From the NCBI GenBank assembly GCA_044070495.1, contig JBIPSI010000016.1, positions 1 through 64,000 of the forward strand: DNA of 64,000 nt. The letters run 5' to 3'. This DNA is from Spirulina sp. Its GTDB lineage: Bacteria; Cyanobacteriota; Cyanobacteriia; Phormidesmidales; Phormidesmidaceae. The translations under genes were made by a program, and so were the position numbers. Position 1 is the first letter of the stretch; each line of letters starts with the position of its first letter. The notes under the pieces are model-generated. The model was given only the letters and a program-made list of their open reading frames with translations. It did no database searches and had not been told where the DNA came from. This document shows positions 29,270 through 38,709 of the stretch, in pieces.

Positions 29270-30859
29270 ATGAAAGGACTAGGGCTGGGGCTGGCGGCTT
29301 GTGTTGGGCTGGTGGGTTGTTCTGCGGGGCCGGGGGTGGATATTGCAGCCGAGGTGATGCCCAGTGTGGTGCTGATTACCTATGGCGACGGGCCGGGGCA
29401 TGGCAGCGGTTTTTTTGTGGAGGGTGAGCCGGGGGTTTGCACGGTGCTAACGGCGAACCACGTGGTGCAGGCCAGCCCATTGTTGTTGATTTCGGCCTAC
29501 GACACCGACAACCGGGGCCAACCCTGGCGGGCCGAGCAAATTCTACCGTTTCCGAATGGGGTGGATTTGGCCGTAGTGACGTTTCGGCCTGCGGGCAATC
29601 GTTGTCCCTACCGTGCCCTAAAGCTGGGGAACTCGGATCGGGTGGGGGTGATGGATACCTTGGTGACGGTGGGGTATCCTGTCCGGGCGGGTGAGCAACA
29701 GTTGATTAAGCAAGCCTCTGAAATCAAGATTAGCTCGGTCAATCCCCCTTCCCCGGAGGGCTACAGCCTTTTTTATGGGGGTACCACAGCACGGGGCATG
29801 AGCGGTGGCCCTTTGGTAGATCGTCAGGGGCGGGTGGTGGGCATCCATGCCGGATCGGATGCGGATGAGGTAGCTCTCGCAGCCCCCAATGGCGACCCCC
29901 AAACCTATCGGGCCGAAACGTTCAAATGGGCTGTTCCCATCAAGTTCTTTCAAGCTAGCTTCGATACGGTTGTGGCCAATGCCCCACCCATTAGCGATGG
30001 TGCCGCCCTACGGCAACAGGGCTGGCAACATTGGGAAACCAAAGATTACAGCGCCATGCTAGCTGCTTTTGAACAGGCTATCGCAGCCAATGGTCAAGAT
30101 GCTGAAGCCTGGGCTGGTAAAGGCACTGCCTTAAATGAGCTAGGCCGCGATGGCGATTCGTTAGCAGCCTATGACCAAGCGCTGATCATAAACCCCAACT
30201 ATGCTGAGGTTTGGACTGTCCGAGGCATTACATTGAATGAATTAAGCCGTAATGACGAGGCGCTAGTATCTTACGACAAGGCGCTAGAGATCAGGCCTGA
30301 ATTTGCCTTGGCTTGGATGAACCGAGGCAATGCGTTAAGTGATTTAGGTCGCTATGAGGAGGCATTGATCTCCCACGACCAAGCGCTAGCAATTAATCCC
30401 GACGATGCCATGACTTGGATGAACCGAGGTAATACGTTGACCTATTTAGGTCGCCTAGAGGAAGCATTGGCTTCTTATGATAAGGCACTAGCTATTAACC
30501 CTAATTATACTGAGGCCTGGTATAACCGAGGTGTATCATTGATGGACTTACGTCGCCCAGAAGAAGCGCTCGCTTCCTACGATAAAGTATTGCTTGTCAA
30601 GCCCGACTTTGCCAATGCTTGGGATAATCGAGGTGTTGCGTTGGGTACGTTGGGTCGCTACGAGGAAGCCTTGGCATCCTACGACAAGGCGATAGCTATC
30701 AATTCGGAGAATGCCATTACTTGGACTAATCGAGGCATTGTGTTGGCTTTATTGGGTCGCGATGAGGAGGCGTTGGCATCCTGCGACAAGGCGCTGGCTA
30801 TCAACCCAAACGATGAAAGTGCCCAGCGGCTCAAGCAGTTGATTTTAAGCGAGATGTAG
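29270..30859 (+). CDS. Lipoprotein: trypsin-like serine protease fused to a TPR array
   Basis: Lipobox LVGC; triad LTANHVV, DLAVV, GMSGGP; about 8 TPR repeats of 34 aa. Confidence 0.9.
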   Translation: MKGLGLGLAACVGLVGCSAGPGVDIAAEVMPSVVLITYGDGPGHGSGFFVEGEPGVCTVLTANHVVQASPLLLISAYDTDNRGQPWRAEQILPFPNGVDLAVVTFRPAGNRCPYRALKLGNSDRVGVMDTLVTVGYPVRAGEQQLIKQASEIKISSVNPPSPEGYSLFYGGTTARGMSGGPLVDRQGRVVGIHAGSDADEVALAAPNGDPQTYRAETFKWAVPIKFFQASFDTVVANAPPISDGAALRQQGWQHWETKDYSAMLAAFEQAIAANGQDAEAWAGKGTALNELGRDGDSLAAYDQALIINPNYAEVWTVRGITLNELSRNDEALVSYDKALEIRPEFALAWMNRGNALSDLGRYEEALISHDQALAINPDDAMTWMNRGNTLTYLGRLEEALASYDKALAINPNYTEAWYNRGVSLMDLRRPEEALASYDKVLLVKPDFANAWDNRGVALGTLGRYEEALASYDKAIAINSENAITWTNRGIVLALLGRDEEALASCDKALAINPNDESAQRLKQLILSEM

Positions 30860-30875
30860 CCTAGTACGCTGGTAC

Positions 30876-30941
30876 AGATCCCCGGTTTCTTGGCCCACCA
30901 GCCAGAATTTTAGGCTACCCAACCGCAGAAACCGGGGATCT
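30876..30941. repeat. 15-bp perfect inverted repeat between convergent genes
   Basis: AGATCCCCGGTTTCT (30876-30890) / AGAAACCGGGGATCT (30927-30941). Confidence 0.85.
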
Positions 30942-31355
30942 CTAACTCAAGGTATCTCGGTATTCGTTGAGAACAGCCAACACCTGGGTCAACTTGTGGC
31001 GGTTTTCATCCGAAGGATCTGCCAAAAAGCTTAGGAGTGCAAAATCTCGTTCAGCTTCGACTCTAGCTCGGCGAGTCGCTTGTTCTGTTTCCTCAATTCT
31101 GCGTTGCTCTGCTTCATTTCGGCGGTTTGTCTCTCGGTTTCGACCGTTCCACTCAACGCCGAAATTAACCAGTGCCACCACGAAGGCTGCCACGGTGAGT
31201 CGGTTGCTCCAGTTTCTCGGCTGGGCGATGAGTTGGAGGAATTGGAAATCTTGTTCGTCATAAAACCGCAGAAACGCAACGGCAATGGTGAGGACAGTCA
31301 GCGTCGTACCAGGCAACAGAGCCAGAAAATTGAGCCAAACCTGGCGGTTAATCAT
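30942..31355 (-). CDS. Hypothetical membrane protein with a coiled-coil C-terminus
   Basis: Two hydrophobic segments, then a charged helix. Confidence 0.75.
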   Translation of the reverse strand: MINRQVWLNFLALLPGTTLTVLTIAVAFLRFYDEQDFQFLQLIAQPRNWSNRLTVAAFVVALVNFGVEWNGRNRETNRRNEAEQRRIEETEQATRRARVEAERDFALLSFLADPSDENRHKLTQVLAVLNEYRDTLS

Positions 31356-31396
31356 CTCTATTCTAGTACAGGAGTTTCCTAGAGCTATCCTACCCC

Positions 31397-31930
31397 CTAA
31401 AGCTGCCCTTCTAGGGAAATAATCTTGGGATTCTCTGGGGTAATGGGGCCAGAGCTTTGTAGGCTTTCTGGATTTCCAGGCAACAAGGCACCCGCGATCC
31501 GTCGCAGAGATTCGTAGGGGTCATCCTCTGGCATCAGGGTCAGCACCAAGGGGCAATTATCCGCACTGACCCGTGTTTTGGCACACACCACATATTGATT
31601 GGGCGTGTCAGGATCGGGCCGATAGTCAAAGGCAAGCAGGCCATCTTCCTTGTAAATGTTCAGCCGTTTCGCCACTTCATCACAGCGGCGTTGGGGGTCA
31701 AATCCTCCACCCATAGAACGCACCATCCGCAGCCAAACCTTGGTATGGCCTTGCCCGTTGCGATACATCACCACCCAGTCCTCGCCGCCATTGGTAGGGT
31801 TGGGCGATAGGGCGCAATAGAACTCGCTCCTCTGCGCCACAAAGAGCTTTGGGAACCCGATATAAAGCTGAATGGCCGCAATCGTCACGCCCAGAGCAGC
31901 CAGGACAGCCCCAATGACAGGCAGCGACAT
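31397..31930 (-). CDS. COP23-like domain protein
   Basis: N-terminal TM; FYC...WLRMV..MGGGFDPQRRC.EVA.RL...VVC pattern. Confidence 0.7.
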   Translation of the reverse strand: MSLPVIGAVLAALGVTIAAIQLYIGFPKLFVAQRSEFYCALSPNPTNGGEDWVVMYRNGQGHTKVWLRMVRSMGGGFDPQRRCDEVAKRLNIYKEDGLLAFDYRPDPDTPNQYVVCAKTRVSADNCPLVLTLMPEDDPYESLRRIAGALLPGNPESLQSSGPITPENPKIISLEGQL

Positions 31931-32089
31931 CACTACAGCACCACTTTCCCTACCGTGAATTCTGTGCATGGCCCTATTCCCTATGCCCAAACCTAGATAA
32001 CCCTAAGGTACCCAATTTGACCCGTGATCGACACGCCCACCACGCACCTATCACCCAAAGGTTTGCTTAAAATTGTGAGCGCAACCCAC

Positions 32090-32122
32090 AAAAAAGAGCA
32101 CCAGGGTTTTGGCTCCTGGTGC
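32090..32122 (-). terminator. Intrinsic terminator downstream of pmbA
   Basis: Stem GCACCAGG/CCTGGTGC followed by a T tract on the minus strand. Confidence 0.65.
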
Positions 32123-32179
32123 CCTGGGTCAACGTTGGCCAAGCTCCCTAACTAGCCAGCTTGGCCTAAAATTTGGCGA

Positions 32180-33523
32180 CTACTGTTCTCCGGTAATGGA
32201 GAGGGAATCGACCCAAATGCGGGGGCAAAGACCACCGGGGGTAATTTCCACCTGGGGTTCCACATGGATGATCGCCTTCAGCAGGTCGCGGAAGTCTCCG
32301 GCCACGGTGGCGGACTCCACGCTGACCCGTTCGCCCTGGTTAATCAGCCAGCCATCGAAGGGCAGAGAGAAGGAGCCTTGCAGGGAATTGACCCCAGCAT
32401 GGAGGGCTTGCAGGTCGTCGATGAGGATGACGTTGCTGGCGTTTTCCAGGCTGAATTCGCTGGAGGCTTCTGTTCCGGGCAGCACATGGTAGTAGCTGGG
32501 GCCAACGGAGACCTTCGCGCCAATGCTGGCGTGGCCCGTGGGGGAAGCGCCCATGCGTTTGGCGGTGCCTGCGCTGTGGAGGAACTGGGTGAGCACCCCC
32601 TTTTCGATGATGGGCACGCGGCGGGTGGGGGTGCCTTCGCCATCGAAGGTTTCGGCACTGATGTTTTCGGGGTGGAGGGCATCGTCGTAGACCGAGAGCA
32701 ACTCCGAGGCCACCACCGTTCCGAGGGAATCCGGCGTGGACAGGCTGCGGTGATCCAGAATGCTCTGGGCGTTGTACATGTTGGAGAAGGCCCCCAACAG
32801 GCTGAGGAAGGCTTCCCCGGAAAACACCACCCGGTACTTGCCCGTGGCGATTTTGTCGTAATTCAGGTGGCTGATAGTTTTTTCGGTGGCTTCCTTCAGG
32901 CAGCCCTCCAAATCCAGCAGCGACAGGCCACGATCTACCCGCACTGCCCCAGCCGAGCGGGGTTTGCGGCCTTCTTGCTCGGTTTTGCTGTAGAGGTAGA
33001 CCGAGGCGTAGGAGCGGTCTTCCTGGCGCAAAGCTCCGGCGCTGTTGAGGTAAAAGCGGTTGATGCTGCGCTGGGCAAGGCCGTTGTAGGGCACGCTGGC
33101 GATGGCGGGATGGGCATCTAGGAGCTGCTTTTCGAGGGCCACCAGTTGTTGGATCAGTTCTCCTACGGGGGCGGGATCTACCGGGGGTAGATCCACCTCG
33201 GCGGTGGGGGCGGTGGCTTCGGGGCTGAAGTCGGGGATGTGGTCGGCGACGCCAAAGGCGCTGGCATCACGGGCGCTTTCGAGGGCCAAATCCATACCCG
33301 TGGGGTCTACGTCGCTGGTGGAGGTAACGCCCACTTTGCCCTGGTCGTTCCACACCCGCACGATAACGCTGGAACGGTTGGAGGCTTTCACCTGCTTGGG
33401 GTCGCCCTTATCCACTTGGACGCTGGTTTCGTCTACGGAAGACCCGTAAACGTCGTACTTGGTGATGCCCAGCTTTTGGGCGCTGGCTTCGGCGTAGACG
33501 GCGATGTCTTGGATGGTCGGCAT
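32180..33523 (-). CDS. pmbA: PmbA/TldE subunit
   Basis: FDGEGTPT, STGHA-like PTGHA, GSFSL, ATVAG; no HExxxH; follows tldD. Confidence 0.9.
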   Translation of the reverse strand: MPTIQDIAVYAEASAQKLGITKYDVYGSSVDETSVQVDKGDPKQVKASNRSSVIVRVWNDQGKVGVTSTSDVDPTGMDLALESARDASAFGVADHIPDFSPEATAPTAEVDLPPVDPAPVGELIQQLVALEKQLLDAHPAIASVPYNGLAQRSINRFYLNSAGALRQEDRSYASVYLYSKTEQEGRKPRSAGAVRVDRGLSLLDLEGCLKEATEKTISHLNYDKIATGKYRVVFSGEAFLSLLGAFSNMYNAQSILDHRSLSTPDSLGTVVASELLSVYDDALHPENISAETFDGEGTPTRRVPIIEKGVLTQFLHSAGTAKRMGASPTGHASIGAKVSVGPSYYHVLPGTEASSEFSLENASNVILIDDLQALHAGVNSLQGSFSLPFDGWLINQGERVSVESATVAGDFRDLLKAIIHVEPQVEITPGGLCPRIWVDSLSITGEQ

Positions 33524-33779
33524 AGGAAGTGAAGGATGAAGGGTGAAGGGAGTAGGGTGGGCACTGCCCACCATGGATTGAATGGATTACCCAAGATTCG
33601 GTAGGGCGAGGAGACCACGCCCCTGCTATTGGGTGGATGTTGACAGGTTGGCGGTAGCCAATCTCAATAGGGCGTCACGTTTCACGGATTGGGGCTGGTG
33701 GTTCTTGCGGAGACTCTGGGTGGTGCATTGCTTCGCGTTGGCGGTAGCCTCGCCTTGGCGTTATGCACCCTACGAATTG

Positions 33780-33815
33780 CCAATAACCAATAACCAATAA
33801 CCAATAACCAATAAC
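33780..33815 (+). repeat. STRR-type heptamer tandem repeat (CCAATAA)x5
   Basis: Direct reading, immediately after the tldD stop. Confidence 0.92.
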
Positions 33816-33816
33816 G

Positions 33817-35301
33817 CTAGCGCCCTCCGACGGTGATGGAGTCTACCTTGAGGTGAGGCTGGCCCACGGTGACGTAGACACTGCCGCTGATGGAGCCGCA
33901 GAAGCCCGCCGCGAGGCCGAGGTCGTTGGAACACATGGAGATTTTGTTCATGATCTCGGTGGCTTCGCCGATCAGGGTGGCACCCTTGAGGGGTTTGGTG
34001 ATTTTGCCGTTTTCGATTAGGTAGGCTTCATCGACGCCGAAGTTGAATTGGCCCGTGGCTCCGACGCTGCCGCCGCCCATCTTTTTGCAGTAGATGCCCT
34101 TGTCCACGGAGGCGAACAGCTCGTCCAGGGAATAATCCCCAGGGGCGATGTAGGTGTTCCGCATCCGGGAGGCGGCGGCGTGGGTATAGCCCTGGCGGCG
34201 ACCGCTGCCCGTGCGGGGGTGGCCCGTCCGCATGGAACCTGCTCGGTCGGAGAGGAAGTTCCGCAGAATGCCGTTTTCGATCAGCAGGGTGCGCTGGGCG
34301 GGCATTCCTTCGTCGTCCATGTCGATGGTGCCAAAGGCGTCGGGGGAGAGGCCCTCATCCCAGGCTGTGAGGTTTTCGTGGGCGATTTTTTCGCCTTTTT
34401 TGTCGATGAAGGGGGTGGTGCCCCGCTCGATCTGGGTGGTTTCGAGCAGGTGGCCGCAGGCTTCGTGGAAGATCACGCCCCCGAACTGGTTGGCCATAAT
34501 CACTGGATAGCTGCCGGATTCCACATAGTCGGCGTAGAGCATCTTTCCAGCGGATTCGCCCACGGATTGGGCCACGGTTTCGTAGTCCCACTCGCGCAAA
34601 AAGGCGGGGTTGCTGGTGTCGCCCGCCCGCTGGCCAATGGAGGAACGGTGTTCGCCATCGGCACAGAGCAGGTTGTAACCGACGGACTGGGTGAGGCGAA
34701 TGTCGCGGGCAAAGGTGCCATCGCTGGCGGCCACCAGGACTTCCTGCCAATCGCGGAAATAGACGGCGCGGCGAGATTGCACATGGCTGGCGTTTTTGGC
34801 CAGGGCGTCGTTAGCGGCGAGGAGCACATCGCCCATTTCCTGCATGGAGCTACAGTTGGCCAGCCATTCGTCCTTAGAGCGAGCGCTGGCGTAGTCGCGC
34901 AGCAGTTCGAGGTTAATTTCGGAAATATTTGCCGCTGGCCCCGGCAGGGTGAGGCCCATGATACCCAGCGCCTTATCTAGGGCGGATTTCAACCCCTGAA
35001 AACTCAGGTCATTGGTGCTGACGTAGCAATCGGCCTTGCCCAAAAACACCCGCACCCCGGCCCCGGTGATGATGCGCGGCGAAATGCTGGTAATCGCGTC
35101 GTCCTCGGCCTGACAGCTAATGTAGTTGCTGCGCTCTAGGAAAAACTCCACAAAATCAGCCCCCGCCGACCGTCCCAGGCCCAGCAGCGCCGCTAGGGTG
35201 GGTTCCCAGGAGAGGTCAAAGCGGTTTCGGGTGGCCCCGTATTCCCTAGAAAGCAGGTCGTTGGTCTTCAGCAGCGGGGTGAGTGAGGGTGCAACCGTCA
35301 T
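33817..35301 (-). CDS. tldD: TldD metalloprotease
   Basis: [33 protein letters not shown]...VGQPH. Confidence 0.93.
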   Translation of the reverse strand: MTVAPSLTPLLKTNDLLSREYGATRNRFDLSWEPTLAALLGLGRSAGADFVEFFLERSNYISCQAEDDAITSISPRIITGAGVRVFLGKADCYVSTNDLSFQGLKSALDKALGIMGLTLPGPAANISEINLELLRDYASARSKDEWLANCSSMQEMGDVLLAANDALAKNASHVQSRRAVYFRDWQEVLVAASDGTFARDIRLTQSVGYNLLCADGEHRSSIGQRAGDTSNPAFLREWDYETVAQSVGESAGKMLYADYVESGSYPVIMANQFGGVIFHEACGHLLETTQIERGTTPFIDKKGEKIAHENLTAWDEGLSPDAFGTIDMDDEGMPAQRTLLIENGILRNFLSDRAGSMRTGHPRTGSGRRQGYTHAAASRMRNTYIAPGDYSLDELFASVDKGIYCKKMGGGSVGATGQFNFGVDEAYLIENGKITKPLKGATLIGEATEIMNKISMCSNDLGLAAGFCGSISGSVYVTVGQPHLKVDSITVGGR

Positions 35302-35383
35302 GCCAATCTATCCTTACAGGCTAAGAAAAATGCCGGATTACCAGCGATTTACCCAGTGTAACAAAACCTCTCATCTAGGGTTT

Positions 35384-38300
35384 CTAGGAAGCCAAGGGGC
35401 CAAGGGGGACGGTGCCTAAATCCTCTCCCTCCAAGGGCGGGGCAGGGGGAATGTCATCGGGAAGTCCCTCTTCTAATTCCCGCAGGATGGGCGGGGCGGG
35501 GGTGGGTTCTTCTCGGAAAATGGCGGACAGCACATCGGCCAGGGTGGGGGCCATGGCGATGCGGTTTTTGTAAACCATGATCACCCGCGTTAGGGCGGGG
35601 AGTTGGTTTTGCTCGGCCACGAGGTAGAGGGGTTCTACGTAGAGGAGGGACTGCTCGATGGGGATAACCAAGAGGTTGCCCTGCTGCGCCCGTGACCCCT
35701 GGGTATCCCACAGAGAAATGCGCTGGGAAATTTCCGGGTCTTGGTTGATGCGGGCTTCGATTTGCTCTGGGCCAAAAACGAGTTCCTGTTTGGGAAAGCG
35801 ATAGAGCAGCCGTCGCCCGTAGCGATTGCCATCCGACCGGGCCGCCAACCAGGCGATTAGGTTATTGCGCTGGGCCGGGGTGAATAGCCGCAGCAGAATA
35901 AATTCCTCGCCTTCCTCCTGGGGGAGTTTCATGATCAGGTAGTAGGGTTCCACCCGCTGGGTTTCGCTGGCGTAGATTTCCGTGGGGGCGCGCCACTGGT
36001 CTTCCCGGTTGTAGAACACCTGGGGGTCGGTCATGTGGTAGGTCATCAGGGAATCGGCCTGCACCGAGAACAAATCCTGGGGGTAGCGAATGTGGATGCG
36101 GAGGGCATCGGGCATGGCCTCCAGAGGCTCGAACATGCCGGGCAGGATGCCGCTCCAGGCTTGGATGATGGGGTCGTTGGGTTCCGACACAAAGAAGCCG
36201 ACGGAGCCATTGAAGGCATCCACCACCACCTTGACCGAGTTGCGAATGTAGTTGAAGTTGTTTTCGCCCGGATCGGAGTAGGGGTAGCGGCTGCTGACGG
36301 TGTAGGCGTCGATCACCCAGTAGAGGTAGTTTTCGCCGGTTTGGGTGTTGAAGTTGGCCTGGATGAAGCTGGGATCGCGGTCGGCAAACCGCTGGAAATC
36401 GATCTGGTCGGGCGGGGTGCTGCCTTGGGCATCTCCGGTGCCCCACTGGCGGGATCGGTTGCCGATGTCCACCGTTACCAGGTAGGGGTCGGTATCAAAC
36501 CGCAGAAAGGGGGCGATGGATCGTACTCGCTCGGCAATGTTGCGGCGAAACAGCAGGCGGGTATCGGTGGTGAAATCCTCGGTAAACAGCATCCGCCAGT
36601 CCTTCAGGTAGCGGGCAAACAGTAGCCGTCGCCAGAGGCCATCCAGGGGAATGCCGCCCCGACCGAGGTAGGTGGTGTAGATGTTTTCGTTGCCGCTGGG
36701 GTAGTCCAGTTCCAACACCTGGGTGTTGGCCATGATGTAGGTGTCGGTGAGTTCGCCAAAATATAGGCGCGGATCGCCGATGGGAATACTCTGGCGCACT
36801 TCCTCGCTGCTGGGGATGTTGTCGATGCCGCGCACAAAGTAGGTGGGCAGGCCATCGGGGCCAGCGGTGTTGACGGGGCTGAGGGTGAAGCCAAAGCCGT
36901 GGGTGTAGACCAGGTGCTCGTTCACCCAGGTTTTGGCGATGTCGGGCACCCGTTCGTAGTTGAGTTCCCGCGCCGAGATCATCACCTGCCGCCGTTCCGA
37001 GCGTCGCTCTTGGTTGAGGATGTTGTAGCGGTCGAAGTCGGCATCTTTAAATTCGTAGTAGAGGCGGATTTGCTGAAGCTGGCGGTTACTTTCCAGCAGC
37101 GGGCGCGGATCCCACAGGCGAATGTTTTCGAGGGTAAGGTCGTTGCGTTCTAGATCCTCCACCGTCAGGTCGCCACTGGGGTCAAAGGGTTCCGAATCGA
37201 TGGCCTCTAGGTCAAAGGCAGCCCGCGTTAGGGCAATGGAGTTGGTAATGTAGGGCCGCTCCCGCTGAAGCTCGTTGGGCTGCACCACCAGCCGCTGCAC
37301 CACCATGGGGGCCAGCACCAAGCCCAGCAGAGCCAGCACCAGGTAAAGGCAAATCCCATTCACCAACAAACTGGTGCAGCCCAGGTTTATCCACCCGCGC
37401 CAGAGCCCCTGCCCCTTGGCCTGTCGTCTTGCCCCCTTGGTCATGGGGTTGAAATAGCTCGGTCGCCACAGCAGCCCCCGCCACAGAAACCCTAGCCCTA
37501 GCCCTAGGGTTAACAGCATTAGGCCCACGTTGGCGGGCAGCAGCACGTGGATGTGGGTATAGCCCGCCCCATAGACGACGCCCTCCTGGGAATAGAGGAT
37601 GTCGTAGCGACCCAGCCAATGGCTAAAGCTGGTCACGAGAAACAACAACCCTGCCAGGGTATACAAATGCTGCTGCTGGGAGAGGGAAAAGCCATAGAAC
37701 CGCCCCCGGCTGAGGGTGCCCCCCCGCATTAGGTAAACCAAGCAGACGACGACAAAGGTAAAAAATAGAACGCCAATCAGCCAAAATTCCAGCAAATTCA
37801 GAATCGGCAGTTGGAAGATATAGAAGCCGATGTCGCGCTTAAAAATAGGCTCCGTTTCGTTATAAGACCCAGGACTGAGGGCCAGCAGCACCGTCGGCCA
37901 CTGTTTCGCCAAAATGAGACCAAAGCCTAGGCTCATCAACCCCGCCGCCAGCCGCCCCAACTGCCGAGGATAGACCACAAAGGCCACCGTACTCATGCCC
38001 AAGGCTGCAATCAGCCAGGGCTGGGCCAGCAAAATTTGCCCCGCCACCCGAAACAATTGCAGCTTCGGCCACAGGGGCAGGGGCGTGGTGGATTCATACA
38101 GGGTGGTGGTTTCGCGCCAAAAATCCGCCGCAATTTGCCCCTGATAGACCAACTGCACCCCCACCAAAAAGCTGAGCACCCCCGCCAGCAGCAGCACCCC
38201 GGTTAACCCCAACCCCTGGGTTTTCGAGGCCCGTTCCGAGGGCGGCGGCAGCGGCGTGGTACGGTCGGCTAGGGCTAGGTTGCCCCAGGTAAACAACAGC

Positions 38301-38506
38301 GTCAGACCAATGGGAATCAACCCCAGCAGCAGTTGAGACCGCAGCCGCAGCCAAAAGACATCGAGGTAGTTCACCTCCACAAACCACAGACGCTCCGCCA
38401 GCAGGTGAATCACCGCATCGGCAGCGAGTACCCCCGCCAAGGCCAACGCACACCATAGCCAATGGGCCAACAGCCAGTGTTTTGCGTCCTTAATCATAGG
38501 ATTCAA
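35384..38506 (-). CDS. UPF0182 family membrane protein
   Basis: NIRLWD, YTHGFG, NYIRNSVKVVVDA, GNLLVIP..LLYVEPLY; start uncertain (38506 or 38497). Confidence 0.92.
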   Translation of the reverse strand: MNPMIKDAKHWLLAHWLWCALALAGVLAADAVIHLLAERLWFVEVNYLDVFWLRLRSQLLLGLIPIGLTLLFTWGNLALADRTTPLPPPSERASKTQGLGLTGVLLLAGVLSFLVGVQLVYQGQIAADFWRETTTLYESTTPLPLWPKLQLFRVAGQILLAQPWLIAALGMSTVAFVVYPRQLGRLAAGLMSLGFGLILAKQWPTVLLALSPGSYNETEPIFKRDIGFYIFQLPILNLLEFWLIGVLFFTFVVVCLVYLMRGGTLSRGRFYGFSLSQQQHLYTLAGLLFLVTSFSHWLGRYDILYSQEGVVYGAGYTHIHVLLPANVGLMLLTLGLGLGFLWRGLLWRPSYFNPMTKGARRQAKGQGLWRGWINLGCTSLLVNGICLYLVLALLGLVLAPMVVQRLVVQPNELQRERPYITNSIALTRAAFDLEAIDSEPFDPSGDLTVEDLERNDLTLENIRLWDPRPLLESNRQLQQIRLYYEFKDADFDRYNILNQERRSERRQVMISARELNYERVPDIAKTWVNEHLVYTHGFGFTLSPVNTAGPDGLPTYFVRGIDNIPSSEEVRQSIPIGDPRLYFGELTDTYIMANTQVLELDYPSGNENIYTTYLGRGGIPLDGLWRRLLFARYLKDWRMLFTEDFTTDTRLLFRRNIAERVRSIAPFLRFDTDPYLVTVDIGNRSRQWGTGDAQGSTPPDQIDFQRFADRDPSFIQANFNTQTGENYLYWVIDAYTVSSRYPYSDPGENNFNYIRNSVKVVVDAFNGSVGFFVSEPNDPIIQAWSGILPGMFEPLEAMPDALRIHIRYPQDLFSVQADSLMTYHMTDPQVFYNREDQWRAPTEIYASETQRVEPYYLIMKLPQEEGEEFILLRLFTPAQRNNLIAWLAARSDGNRYGRRLLYRFPKQELVFGPEQIEARINQDPEISQRISLWDTQGSRAQQGNLLVIPIEQSLLYVEPLYLVAEQNQLPALTRVIMVYKNRIAMAPTLADVLSAIFREEPTPAPPILRELEEGLPDDIPPAPPLEGEDLGTVPLGPLAS

Positions 38507-38709
38507 CCAATCAGGGGCGGGGTCTGCCCAAATTCTATCGCCCCGGTTCCCGTTCGCTGAGGAAGATGCTCTGGGCTAGGGGGGAAAGCGGCCCTAGAAT
38601 AAACAAGATCCGCCCTCACCCCCAGCCCCTTTCCCAGGGAGGAGAGGGAGGCCGGAAACTTCCTTCAACATTCCTTGCCGAAACCAAACTGTCCATAAGA
38701 ATCCTGTCC

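Noticed and set aside
30060..30810. Regular ~102-bp periodicity suggesting a CRISPR-like array
   Set aside because: In-frame TPR coding repeats with synonymous divergence; no repeat-spacer structure and no cas genes.
33524..33574. N-terminal extensions given by the ORF track (pmbA; also rbfA, ureF, avtA, rimM, DUF4336, MNT)
   Set aside because: They translate repeats or neighbouring genes; downstream ATGs match the family N-termini.
32264..34980. Long + strand ORFs (285 and 310 aa) opposite pmbA and tldD
   Set aside because: Antisense shadow frames; the minus-strand products carry clear family motifs.
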